Program-made: the position numbers and the translations under genes
Shown here: positions 24,635-32,000 of the stretch, one piece after another
How positions within the stretch are numbered: position 1 is the first letter of the stretch
Layout: each line of letters begins with the position of its first letter
The notes under the pieces: model-generated
Told to the model about the DNA's origin: nothing
Seen by the model: the letters and a program-made list of their open reading frames with translations, nothing else
Databases searched by the model: none
Assembly: GCA_963699255.1 (NCBI GenBank)
Contig: OY969425.1
Coordinates: 930,001-962,000 of the forward strand
DNA length: 32,000 bases
Source: an uncultured bacterium
GTDB taxonomy: Bacteria; Margulisbacteria; WOR-1; CAVSGV01
Direction: 5' to 3'

Positions 24635-24838
24635 ATGGCAAAGTATAATCGAAATTCAGGGAAACAGTGGAAAAGCGCTGAAGTGTCGCAATTAATATCC
24701 CTGGCAAAGCAAAATACTCCGACCAGGGTAATTGGGCTAAAATTGGGGAGGACGGAAGCTTCCATATATACGAAAGCATCACAAGAAAATATAAGCCTGC
24801 ATCCGACCAATCAATCACCATATAATAGGAGTAAATAA
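24635..24838 (+). CDS. Small GcrA/SANT-like HTH protein (67 aa)
   Basis: KQWKSAEVSQLISLAKQNTPTRVIGLKLGRTEASIYTKASQENISL resembles the W..eE...L......g.....Ia..LGRt pattern. A GGGGGTGA Shine-Dalgarno precedes it. Confidence 0.45.
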   Translation: MAKYNRNSGKQWKSAEVSQLISLAKQNTPTRVIGLKLGRTEASIYTKASQENISLHPTNQSPYNRSK

Positions 24839-24852
24839 AGGAGGAAAATATT

Positions 24853-25149
24853 ATGAAAGTAAGAAACATTAATGGCACAAGTGATAAGACCTGTAAATGT
24901 GGTAGCTGGATTGATCATTGGAAGAAGTTTAGCGGTCAGTCAATTCCCGAATATTGCCCGGCAGAAGGTTGCTTGAATAAGTCCTTGGTGGGTGCTCATG
25001 TTCAGAAGGATAGTAATTCTGATAATAACTGGTATATATTCCCACTTTGTAGCACATGTAATAATAAGAAGGGTGAATCTCTGGTTGTTAGCGACACTTA
25101 TAAGCTGGTTTCGGCTAACGTCAGTGAGACTTGTGGAAAGCAATATTAA
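24853..25149 (+). CDS. Cys-rich small protein with a His-Me-finger (HNH/EndoVII)-like layout (98 aa)
   Basis: CKCGSW..(x17)..CPAEGC....VGAHV(x13)WYIFPLCSTCNNKKG, which gives two Cys pairs, a strand-end His and a C-x2-C-N helix start. An AGGAGG Shine-Dalgarno precedes it. Confidence 0.4.
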   Translation: MKVRNINGTSDKTCKCGSWIDHWKKFSGQSIPEYCPAEGCLNKSLVGAHVQKDSNSDNNWYIFPLCSTCNNKKGESLVVSDTYKLVSANVSETCGKQY

Positions 25150-25634
25150 AAAGGGTTCTCCAATTAGTTGTCTAAATTATTGAAGTAGCGTAAAGAATGC
25201 GATGACTCAGAAGAAAATGTCGTGTAGTCAGTTTTCACTTTCGGTTGAGAACGGCCAGGCGGGGGTTACGGCATTTGCCGGGATGAAATTGGATTTTGAT
25301 TTCTGAAGGGTTGTCCAGCCCTCATTTGTTGAGCTACTTTAAGTCAGAGTTAAGCATGGTTTGTCTCCCAACATTTCAATTTAATATGCCAAAATTACTT
25401 TATGGTTTCGAAATAGGTGATAAAATACATAAATATGCTAACTAGTTCAGATATTAAAAAGGCGATCAATAATTATGGGGCGGAATTCTTCTAAATTCAG
25501 AAGTAAGAAAGATATCCAATTTTAAGGAGATCAGTATCCATTGGGATCAAGAAGGAGTATCTTCTAAGTCACTTGAAATATTTGACAAAAATTGCTACGA
25601 GGCAATATCCAAATTTACGAAGTATTTAGAGGCT

Positions 25635-26009
25635 ATGATGATAAACGAAGGTATTAAATATTCGGGTGTTTACTTGTGGGAGGATACATCTGATCATTTT
25701 ACAAAAAACCCTTTTATCTCAGAAAAGTCAGATATTATCTATATCGGTAAAGCAGATAAAAATGTTTCTGCAAGACAAAGAAAAGCATTCGAATACCCAG
25801 TTGATTTTGTAAAAGCACGTATTGCGGCTTGGTTGGCAATTCAAAATAGACTTACCATATGGTTTAAGAAACTTGATGAAGCTATTGTAAAAAAAGAGGA
25901 AATAGAACTATTAACTGGGCACTTTGCGGCATTTGGATGCTATCCTTTACTGAATATGAGAGTAGAAGCACAATTCAAGGTAAAGGATTGTTTTAATTTA
26001 GACAGATAA
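25635..26009 (+). CDS. GIY-YIG-like nuclease domain protein (124 aa)
   Basis: GVYLW..(x17)..IIYIGKADKNVSARQR ... KKEEIELL......YPLLN fits the GIY / YIG / R / E / N order. The assignment rests on this motif only. Confidence 0.45.
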   Translation: MMINEGIKYSGVYLWEDTSDHFTKNPFISEKSDIIYIGKADKNVSARQRKAFEYPVDFVKARIAAWLAIQNRLTIWFKKLDEAIVKKEEIELLTGHFAAFGCYPLLNMRVEAQFKVKDCFNLDR

Positions 26010-26042
26010 TCCCTGATGCGCCCGCAATAGAAGGGGGAAGAT

Positions 26043-26318
26043 ATGTTTGAACTTCTTAAAAGAATCAAAGCTGGTATTATAGGTTTTGCCCAAGGCTTTA
26101 CTGGAGGTGAAAATTATCTTGATGCTGTTTCACAGATACCAGCTTGGAGAAAAGAGTATAAAGACCTAGTTGCAGGGTCAGATATCTTGAAGAAACATAA
26201 CGATGTTCTAGAACGATTAACAAGAAATGAAAATCCAGAAATAGCTAAACTAGAAGCGGAAATCGCTGTAAAGCAGGCTAAATTGGAAAACCTTAAAGAG
26301 GAAATAGAAGGAAAATAA
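26043..26318 (+). CDS. Hypothetical coiled-coil protein (91 aa)
   Basis: Its AGGGGGAAG Shine-Dalgarno and ATG fall in the 33-nt gap after the GIY-YIG-like gene. The C-terminal heptad-like stretch is PEIAKLEAEIAVKQAKLENLKEEIEGK. Confidence 0.45.
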   Translation: MFELLKRIKAGIIGFAQGFTGGENYLDAVSQIPAWRKEYKDLVAGSDILKKHNDVLERLTRNENPEIAKLEAEIAVKQAKLENLKEEIEGK

Positions 26319-26419
26319 GCATTTTTATCTTCTTCCATCTAACATTTATCTAACACTTCGTTTCATTTTTTGCTGATTTTGACCGACTTACTCCGACTTT
26401 TCAATTTCAATAAGGGGGC

Positions 26420-26614
26420 TCATTTTTTCCGTCTATCCGCTATCAGCACCCCGCCGACTCCGACATTCTCCGCCGGGTTTTCGGTGATAGTCACGACATA
26501 AGCCTGCCGCGGGAATTTATAAGCTTTCTCCATGGCATCCGTAACTTCCTTCACAAGCTCGCGCTTTGTTTCAATACTTTCTATCTTCGGCCCGTCTATA
26601 TATGCGTTCGGCAT
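26420..26614 (-). CDS. 4-oxalocrotonate tautomerase-family protein
   Basis: Starts Met-Pro (catalytic Pro1). ..KRELVKEVTDAMEKAYKFPRQAYVVTITE....VGVGGVL parallels the 4-OT pattern, at 64 aa. Confidence 0.75.
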   Translation of the reverse strand: MPNAYIDGPKIESIETKRELVKEVTDAMEKAYKFPRQAYVVTITENPAENVGVGGVLIADRRKK

Positions 26615-26615
26615 T

Positions 26616-27296
26616 TTACACGCCTCCTTTTATCGAAATACTCTCCCGAAGAAATGGCTTTCCATGCCCCGGATAGATCGTTCTGATCTTCATTGTTCTT
26701 AGTTTTTCCAGGCTGCTCTTCAATTGCGCGGAATTCTCTATGATATTCGCTTCCGCGGGCTTTGTGCGGTTCGTGAACATATCGCCGCAGAAAAGATCGC
26801 CGTCATCGGTCAGGACAGAGAGCGAACCGGGAGTATGCCCCGGTGTATGAATAACTTTCGCCGAAACACCGTATTCCGCCAAACTCTGGCCGTCAGATAA
26901 AAGAATATCCGGCTTGAACCTTGGGTAACTCATCTTGTTCTTTTGGAACTTCCTCATCAGCATCCTGAAATTGAACATTACCCAGTATATAAAAGGCTTT
27001 ATCTGGCGCTTCAACATTACCCCGTTCTCCACCTGCGCAACATCTCCGGCGTGCATGGCGGCCTTCACATTGTATTTTTCACGCAGCTTGGACACGTTAC
27101 CGGTATGGTCCCAGTCCCCGTGCGTGATAACTATCAGCTTTAATTTCCAGGGCAGGCATCCTGCAGCGGCCAGCTGGCTGTCCAGGTTCTCCCACATATA
27201 CGGCAATCCTGTATCGATAAGGACGAATCCGTCCTTTGCTTTTAAAAGAAAAGCATTTACCATGCCGAGGTCGATCGTTCTTATCGTTTCATCCAT
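26616..27296 (-). CDS. Metallo-beta-lactamase-fold hydrolase
   Basis: IVITHGDWDHTGN, VIHTPGHTPGS, CGDMF and PGHG are the MBL metal-ligand motifs. Confidence 0.85.
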   Translation of the reverse strand: MDETIRTIDLGMVNAFLLKAKDGFVLIDTGLPYMWENLDSQLAAAGCLPWKLKLIVITHGDWDHTGNVSKLREKYNVKAAMHAGDVAQVENGVMLKRQIKPFIYWVMFNFRMLMRKFQKNKMSYPRFKPDILLSDGQSLAEYGVSAKVIHTPGHTPGSLSVLTDDGDLFCGDMFTNRTKPAEANIIENSAQLKSSLEKLRTMKIRTIYPGHGKPFLRESISIKGGV

Positions 27297-28740
27297 TTGG
27301 ACTTTCAGCTAAGCCTCCCTCTTCCCAATCCGGCTCCGGGCCGCGCAGATAAGATATGAAAGCAGCTATCAGGCTGAATATGAATGAGATAGTGAACGCC
27401 ACCCTTAAACCGGAAATAAAATGCGCGATGGCTATCCCCTCCGACCCCACCTGTGCGCCCACGAACAATTTTAGCAGGGTTTTCTGCGAAATGCTCGAGG
27501 ATATCGCCACCATCGCCAGCGCGATGCTTACCACCATTCCGGCATTGTTCATCATCGTCCTTGTGGCCGCGGCGATACCGCGCCTGTCAGACGGCACCGA
27601 TTCCATGATGGACCGCGTGTTGGGAGAAAAGAACATCCCCGAACCGAAACCCATGATGGACATCCAGATAATGATCTCACAGATGGAGGTTTCCGGGCTC
27701 AGCTTCATGAAACCGAACAGGCCTATGGCCGAGATCAGCAGCCCCAGCGAACTCAGCTCCCTGGAGCCGTATTTGTCCGAAAGAAATCCGCTGATGGGAG
27801 AGCTTATCATCATCGAGACGGCGAAAGGCGTCAGCAGTATGCCGGACAGGAGCGGATCGTAACCCTTCACGCCCTGGAAATAAAATATCAAAAGGAAGGT
27901 CACTGCGCCTCTCGCGATGCCGTTCAACAGGTTGCTCCCGAAAGCGAAACCGAGGACCCTTGTCTCCAGAAGCCTCATGTCCAGCATCGGCTGTTTGGAA
28001 CGGCTCTCGATGAACACGAACAGGGCAAGCAAAATGACCGAGCTTACAAGCATGATCAGGATATTCCTGTTAAGCCAGCCGACGAAGCCGCCGAACGTCA
28101 GTGCGATGAGAAGCAGCAGCATCCCGACGGAAAAAACTATCGTCCCCTCCCAGTCGAATTTCTGGTGCTCCGGCAGTATGTCCAGCTCTTTCAGCTGCAG
28201 CCACGCCCAGAACGTGCCGACGATCCCGAAAGGCACGTTCACGAAGAAAATGCTCCGCCATCCTATGGTCGCCAGGAAGCCTCCCAGTATAGGGCCTATA
28301 ACGGACGCTATGCTGATGATCATGGCGTTTATGCCCATCGCTTCGCCCAGCTGGTTCCTGGGAAAAGCGTCGGTCACGATAGCGGTGCTGTTCGCCACAA
28401 GAAGAGAACCCCCGACAGCCTGCACCATCCTGAAAATGAGAAGCTGGGTCCCGTTCACCACCATGCCGCACAGAAGAGAGCCCAGAGTGAATATCGCGAA
28501 ACCGCTCACGTACAGATACTTCCTGCCGTACATGTCGGCGACGCGCCCGATGGACGGGACCAGTATCGTCAGGGCAAGCATATATCCCATGACTGTCCAC
28601 AGGATGACAGCTATGCCGGCATGAAGGCTTTTTATTATCTCCGGAAGCGCGATTATCAGGGTGCTTCCGTTCAGAACGGAAAAGAACGCGCCAAGCGATG
28701 TGCACGATAAGGCGATCCATTTATATTCGATGTTCTTCAA
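27289..28740 (-). CDS. MFS transporter, DHA2 (14-TMS, EmrB/QacA-like) type
   Basis: 483 aa with repeated hydrophobic segments. GRVADMYGRKYLY is the MFS motif A region. TTG start, overlapping the downstream MBL gene by 8 nt. Confidence 0.9.
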   Translation of the reverse strand: MKNIEYKWIALSCTSLGAFFSVLNGSTLIIALPEIIKSLHAGIAVILWTVMGYMLALTILVPSIGRVADMYGRKYLYVSGFAIFTLGSLLCGMVVNGTQLLIFRMVQAVGGSLLVANSTAIVTDAFPRNQLGEAMGINAMIISIASVIGPILGGFLATIGWRSIFFVNVPFGIVGTFWAWLQLKELDILPEHQKFDWEGTIVFSVGMLLLLIALTFGGFVGWLNRNILIMLVSSVILLALFVFIESRSKQPMLDMRLLETRVLGFAFGSNLLNGIARGAVTFLLIFYFQGVKGYDPLLSGILLTPFAVSMMISSPISGFLSDKYGSRELSSLGLLISAIGLFGFMKLSPETSICEIIIWMSIMGFGSGMFFSPNTRSIMESVPSDRRGIAAATRTMMNNAGMVVSIALAMVAISSSISQKTLLKLFVGAQVGSEGIAIAHFISGLRVAFTISFIFSLIAAFISYLRGPEPDWEEGGLAESPNG

Positions 28741-28755
28741 TGTTCTCTCCTAATA

Positions 28756-31700
28756 TTACTTTTCTTCCCCCGCGATCGCTTCAACTTTGACATGCCTGGA
28801 ACCAATTAAGCTATACGCGCAAGGGACGACGAACAGCGTCAGCAGGGTCGAGATGAACAGTCCGCCGATGACGGCTATCGCCATAGGCGTGCGTATCTCG
28901 GCTCCGGGTCCCCACGCCAGCGCCGGCGGTATCGCCCCGGCGATCGTCGCGACCGAAGTCATGAGGATGGGTCGAAGCCTTATAGGACACGCTTCCAGAA
29001 GCGCCTCCCTCACCGGCATTCCCTTTTCCCTCATCTGATTGGTGAACTCCACCAGAAGTATCGAATTCTTTTTCACGATCCCCATCAGGAGGATAAAACC
29101 TATCATGCTGTATATGTTCAGCGACTGGCCGGTCACATAAAGCGCGATAAAAGCTCCCGAGAAACTGAACGGCAAAGCGGCAAGGACGACCACAGGGTCG
29201 CTGAAACTGTTGAACTGCGATCCCAGGACCATGTAAGCGATGACTATGCCGAGTATCAGCGCGAATATCAGACTTTCAAAGGATTCCTTGTAAGCCTGCG
29301 CATTCCCGCTGAAGATCACATGATAACCTTCCGGCAGGGTCGCTTTCGCTATCTCATCTATCTTTGCGAGAACTACCGCCTGCGACCTGCCCGGCGCGAC
29401 ATTGGCCGATATGGTTATGGCACGCTCCCTGTCCTGGCGGGAAATGCTCTGCATCGCCGGCCGCTCCACAAGACGCGTTACCTTATCCAGGCTGACCAGC
29501 TCTCCCCTGTTGTTGCGGACATAAACGCCTTTCATTATATCCGCCCTGGTATGCTCGGCTCCGATCATCTTTACCGTGATATCGTACCTGTGCCCGCCGT
29601 GTTCATATGTCCCCACCTTCAGGCCGCCCACAAGGGTCGAGATGGTCTGCCCGATGACCGCAAAGCTCACCCCGTGGCGCGAGGCAAGGTCGCGATCCGG
29701 CACGACATCGTATTCCGTCAGGCCGAGAAGATAATTACTGTTCAGGTCCGTGGTCAGGCCGGTTTTATCTATTTCACTCATCAGCTTTACGCTTAGGTCT
29801 CCAAGCTTGTCCCAGTCGGGGCCTCTCAGGGTCAGCTCTATGGGATATCCGCCCGTTGAAGCGAAGCCGCGCAGCGAAGTATCCATTATGTATACCTGAA
29901 GGTCGGGAATTTTTTTCAGGTCGCTGCGGACGGCTTTCATCGACTCCGCCTGGGAAAGCCTGTGATGGAGCACGGGATCTATCCCGCGCTGGCCCTTGGG
30001 CTTCAGCGTAAGGAAAATAAAAGATTGGTTCAGCCGCCCGCTTCCCCCGAAACCTCCGACCGCGGCGAATACCGAATCCGCTTCCGGCCGTTTCGCGATA
30101 ATTGATTCCGCCAGCCTGGATTTTTCATCCATATACGCAAGCGATGCCCATGCCGGCGTCTGGAGGCGCACCGCATATTGGCTCTGGTCCTGAGGCGGAA
30201 CAAGCTCGCTTCTCAGCGCCCTGGCTACGGAGAAAGTAATGACAAAAAATATCACCGATGACCATATGATAAGACCCCTGCGGTCCAGCGACCAGGCAAG
30301 CGCCTTGCGGTAACCTCTGTTCAGCCGCTTGAAGCTCCTGTCCAGGAACGCGGCGAACCGGTTCTCCCTGGTGCCCACCTCGACGAACTGCGAGCAGCGC
30401 ATGGGAGTAAGGGTAAGCGCCTCAAAAAGCGAGAGCAGTACGGCGACGCTTATCGTCATGCCGAACTGGTAGAAGTATTTCCCGATTATCCCTTTCATGA
30501 ACGCCACCGGCAGGAATATCGCGATTATCGCGATGCTCGCCGCCATCGCCGCGAAAGTTATCTCCCGCGCGCCTATCAGCGCGGCCGAAACCTTTTCTTC
30601 GCCTTTCTCCTGGTGCCTCATGATGTTCTCAAGCACCATTATTGCGTCATCCACCACTATGCCGATGGCAAGGCTCAGCGCCATGAGGGTGAACATGTTC
30701 AGGGTGAAGCCCATGAAGTAAACGAATATGAAAGTCCCGATGATGGATGTCGGTATCGCGAGCCATACGTTCAGGACCGCGGACCACGACCCCAGGAAGA
30801 ACCAGCAGACGAGCCCGGTAAGTATCGCGGAGAGGAGGAGCGTCACTTTCAGCTCATTCACGGCATCCTCTATGAATTTCGTGTTATCCATCCTTATGGA
30901 AAGGTCCATGCCTTTCGGCAGTTCTTTCTGGACCGCTTTCATTTTTGCGCGGACGGCTTTCGCCACTTCCACGGCATTGGTGCCTCTCTGTTTCAGGATG
31001 CCGAGCCCGACCGCCGATACTCCGTTGGCGCGCGCCATGTGCTCGATGTCCGCAAGGTCGTCTTTTATGCTCGCCACCTTCACCAGCGCCACGGGAGAAT
31101 AATTCGGCTGGCCTCCGCGGTAGTTGAGACGGATATTCTCGAATTCCTGTACGGTTTTTGCCTCTCCGAGGGTCCTGACGGTGTGTTCCGCTTTTACGTC
31201 CGCAACGTATCCGGCGGGCAGCTCCACATGCTCGTTCTGCACCGCGCTCACGACGTCCTGGGCGGTAAGCGCGTAGCGGTTCAGGTCGGACTTCCTCACC
31301 TCCACCCGGAGGTTCGGGTCAACGTATCCGCCGAACACCACGTCCCCGACGCCGGAGACGGTCGTGAACTTATCTTTTAATATATCGTTGACGTAAGCCA
31401 TGGCATCGCGGGTCGAGATGCCCGTGGTGTTAAGCGACAGCCATATTATCGGCTGATCGTCGGGATTTGTTTTTGTGATGATGGGCGGATCTATGTCGTT
31501 GGGAAGCAGCCGCTGCGCCTGGGATATCTTGGACTGTATCTCCTGCACCGCCACGTCTATGTTCTTGCTCAGTTCGAATTCCACCGAGATGCTCGTGCTG
31601 CCGTCGCGGGAAGTGGAGGTGACGGTCCTTACGCCTTCCACGCCCATGACCGCGTCCTCTATGTAATCGGCGACGTCCGTTTCCATTATCTGGGGTGAAG

Positions 31701-31860
31701 CTCCCGGATAAGTGACGCTGACGGAAACGACGGGGAAATCCACGTCCGGCATCAGGCTGACGCCCATCCTCATGAAAGAGATCGCGCCGAAAAGTATCAG
31801 CGCGAACATCATCATCCACGCGAACACGGGCCGCTTTATGGATATGTCAGATAAGATCAT
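28756..31860 (-). CDS. RND efflux pump inner-membrane subunit (AcrB/HAE1-like)
   Basis: 1034 aa. The N-terminus MILSDISIKRPVFAWMMMFALILFG, LAIGIVVDDAIMVLENI and the 12-TMS two-lobed architecture are typical of AcrB. Confidence 0.95.
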   Translation of the reverse strand: MILSDISIKRPVFAWMMMFALILFGAISFMRMGVSLMPDVDFPVVSVSVTYPGASPQIMETDVADYIEDAVMGVEGVRTVTSTSRDGSTSISVEFELSKNIDVAVQEIQSKISQAQRLLPNDIDPPIITKTNPDDQPIIWLSLNTTGISTRDAMAYVNDILKDKFTTVSGVGDVVFGGYVDPNLRVEVRKSDLNRYALTAQDVVSAVQNEHVELPAGYVADVKAEHTVRTLGEAKTVQEFENIRLNYRGGQPNYSPVALVKVASIKDDLADIEHMARANGVSAVGLGILKQRGTNAVEVAKAVRAKMKAVQKELPKGMDLSIRMDNTKFIEDAVNELKVTLLLSAILTGLVCWFFLGSWSAVLNVWLAIPTSIIGTFIFVYFMGFTLNMFTLMALSLAIGIVVDDAIMVLENIMRHQEKGEEKVSAALIGAREITFAAMAASIAIIAIFLPVAFMKGIIGKYFYQFGMTISVAVLLSLFEALTLTPMRCSQFVEVGTRENRFAAFLDRSFKRLNRGYRKALAWSLDRRGLIIWSSVIFFVITFSVARALRSELVPPQDQSQYAVRLQTPAWASLAYMDEKSRLAESIIAKRPEADSVFAAVGGFGGSGRLNQSFIFLTLKPKGQRGIDPVLHHRLSQAESMKAVRSDLKKIPDLQVYIMDTSLRGFASTGGYPIELTLRGPDWDKLGDLSVKLMSEIDKTGLTTDLNSNYLLGLTEYDVVPDRDLASRHGVSFAVIGQTISTLVGGLKVGTYEHGGHRYDITVKMIGAEHTRADIMKGVYVRNNRGELVSLDKVTRLVERPAMQSISRQDRERAITISANVAPGRSQAVVLAKIDEIAKATLPEGYHVIFSGNAQAYKESFESLIFALILGIVIAYMVLGSQFNSFSDPVVVLAALPFSFSGAFIALYVTGQSLNIYSMIGFILLMGIVKKNSILLVEFTNQMREKGMPVREALLEACPIRLRPILMTSVATIAGAIPPALAWGPGAEIRTPMAIAVIGGLFISTLLTLFVVPCAYSLIGSRHVKVEAIAGEEK

Positions 31861-32000
31861 TGCGCTTCCTTCCCGTCCGGAACATCTACTGATGCCGTTA
31901 TCGCCATTAGCGCGTTCATGTCGGATTTTAAGTTGTATATGGCTTTGTTAAGGGAACGCTCCACGTCCTGGTAAGAGGTCATGGCCTGCAGGACATCCAG
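31857..32000 (-). CDS. 3' end of an efflux-system gene, most likely a TolC-family outer-membrane factor (partial)
   Basis: Hand translation gives ..LDVLQAMTSYQDVERSLNKAIYNLKSDMNALMAITASVDVPDGKEAQ-stop. The LDVL.A....... / L.A motif resembles OEP C-termini such as OprM's ..YLDVLDAQRSL... The stop overlaps the RND start (ATGA). Confidence 0.5.
   Translation of the reverse strand: MDVLQAMTSYQDVERSLNKAIYNLKSDMNALMAITASVDVPDGKEAQ

Noticed and set aside
27356-31819. Long alternative-frame and antisense ORFs within the MFS and RND genes (for example 27917-28624, 28070-28720, 28165-28710, 30613-31380, 31430-31819)
   Set aside because: These are shadow ORFs caused by high GC content. The annotated frames give canonical transporter sequences.

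Overview
This is a compositionally mosaic bacterial window. By eye it is AT-rich over ~1-17.1 kb, GC-richer over 17.1-22.1 kb, very AT-rich over ~22.9-26.4 kb and GC-rich over 26.4-32 kb. Left end: a secreted S8 protease that is open to the window edge and therefore missing from the ORF track, in an operon with a putative outer-membrane beta-barrel gene and an exported BsuPI-type protease inhibitor. 5.2-11.8 kb: a mobile-element module, all on the minus strand apart from its divergent XRE regulator gene. Its minus-strand genes encode a PD-(D/E)XK-like protein, DUF2958, SSB, a Zn-ribbon protein, a PriCT/wHTH replication-type protein, an acidic protein and a ParB-like protein. The module carries duplication and decay scars and a ~700-nt ORF-poor spacer. 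I saw no integrase, relaxase or transposase. At 12.2 kb and 17.0 kb, initiator-tRNA(fMet)-derived fragments sit inside ~90-130-nt direct repeats that bracket a 4.6-kb integrase-less cargo segment. That cargo holds a DUF134 / NifX-like / DUF2099-like / MBL operon and an ArsR / thioredoxin / ferredoxin / methyltransferase / DUF2892 operon with a consensus promoter and a near-leaderless start. 17.1-21 kb encodes four exported proteins, followed by a Tam-like methyltransferase. Direct repeats of ~115 nt then bracket an ORF6N/KilA-N-like gene. 22.9-26.3 kb is an AT-rich island with a BglII-like type II R-M pair plus small HTH, Cys-rich His-Me-finger-like, GIY-YIG-like and coiled-coil genes. Right end: a 4-OT / MBL / MFS / RND / TolC-like efflux operon. 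I found no rRNA, intact tRNA, CRISPR array or IS element. All family assignments come from motif recognition by eye and recalled family patterns, not from database searches.
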